Shown: one piece after another, positions 63,193 to 64,000 of the stretch
How the letters are laid out: each line of letters starts with the position of its first letter
Numbering within the stretch: the stretch's first letter is position 1
Source of the DNA: an uncultured Sphingomonas sp.
GTDB lineage: Bacteria; Pseudomonadota; Alphaproteobacteria; Sphingomonadales; Sphingomonadaceae
Direction: 5' to 3'
Length of the DNA stretch: 64,000 bases
Assembly: GCA_913775025.1 (NCBI GenBank)
Contig: CAJYJW010000086.1
Span: 27,205-91,204 of the forward strand
Position numbers and translations under genes: made by a program
Notes under the pieces: model-generated
Seen by the model: only the letters and a program-made list of their open reading frames with translations
Told to the model about the DNA's origin: nothing
Database searches by the model: none

Positions 63193-64000
63193 ATGCCGCC
63201 TATCCTATCAACGACCGTGGCCCGGGGGGGCAGCCGGCGGTCGATGATCCTCGGCGCGGGTGCGATGCTCGCCCTGGCAGCATCCCCTGCGTGGGCAGGT
63301 CTGCTTGCAGATAAAATCCTGGGTCCCGATGCCCGGCTGACGACAGTCTATTCCGGCGGGCGCTGGATGGAGGGGCCGGCGTGGGATCGGCGTGCGGGTC
63401 GGCTGGTATGTAGCGACGTCAAGTCGAACATGATCTTGTCGATCGCGCCCGGTCAGGCGCCGGTGCCGCTTCGTGATCCTTCGAACAACGCCAATGGCAA
63501 CGCTTTCGACCGCGAGGGGCGGCTTGTCAGTTGCGAGCATCTGACGCGGCGCGTGGTGCGCCAGGAGAAGGATGGGCGGGTCACCGTGCTTGCCGACCGC
63601 CATCAGGGCAGGCGGCTCAACGCGCCCAATGATCTCGTGGTCGCGGCGGACGGGGCGATCTGGTTCACCGACCCCGTGTTCGGCATCACCATAGCCGACG
63701 AGGGGCTGCCTGCCGAGCCCGAGCAGCACGGGCGCTTCGTCTATCGCATCGATCCGGTCGGCGGCCTCAGCGTCGTGGCCGATGGCTTTGACCAGCCTAA
63801 CGGCATCGTCTTCGCCCCTGATGGGCGGACGCTTTACGTTACTGATACGGGCGGCGCCTTGAATGCCGAGGGGCCGCGCGAAATACGCGCGTTCGACGTG
63901 GTCGACGGGGTCCGGCTGGTGCGTGAGCGGCGTTTCGCGAAGATCGATCACGGCATTCCCGACGGTCTGACCGTCGACACACAGGGCCGCGTCTATGCCG
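63193..64000 (+). CDS. SMP-30/gluconolactonase family protein with Tat signal (3' partial)
   Basis: SRRSMILG..AWA signal, EGPAW, NANGN, LNAPND, WFTDP, QPNGI, PDG; runs off the window, so it is absent from the ORF track. Confidence 0.92.
   Translation, partial: MPPILSTTVARGGSRRSMILGAGAMLALAASPAWAGLLADKILGPDARLTTVYSGGRWMEGPAWDRRAGRLVCSDVKSNMILSIAPGQAPVPLRDPSNNANGNAFDREGRLVSCEHLTRRVVRQEKDGRVTVLADRHQGRRLNAPNDLVVAADGAIWFTDPVFGITIADEGLPAEPEQHGRFVYRIDPVGGLSVVADGFDQPNGIVFAPDGRTLYVTDTGGALNAEGPREIRAFDVVDGVRLVRERRFAKIDHGIPDGLTVDTQGRVYA

Overview
GC-rich bacterial DNA, most consistent with a sphingomonad alphaproteobacterium (inferred from gene content and TonB-receptor style). About 59 kb (1-58.9 kb) is a catabolic accessory island for a hydrophobic, probably steroid/terpenoid-like or alicyclic substrate. 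It carries three cytochrome P450s with no redox partner in the window, a 3alpha-HSD-like SDR next to a ketosteroid-isomerase-like NTF2 protein, two TonB-dependent receptors, two CoA ligases (FadD3-like and BaiB-like), a CoA transferase, two acyl-CoA dehydrogenase pairs, four non-canonical crotonases, a thiolase, three thioesterases, an MFS transporter and IclR/GntR regulators. Many spacers are decayed genes or IS debris (IS3, IS5, IS110). The strongest signal not explained by the ORFs is a palindrome, ATCRC-N4-GYGAT, found about 60-130 bp upstream of most catabolic transcription units (10 exact and 7 one-mismatch copies found by eye), which suggests one island-wide regulon. An IS110 fragment keeps its long 5' non-coding end, a candidate bridge RNA. 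The last 5 kb hold an arsRCBH operon, an ABM-like gene and a partial Tat-exported SMP-30/gluconolactonase. No rRNA, tRNA or CRISPR array was seen. All calls come from motif recognition by eye; no database searches were run.
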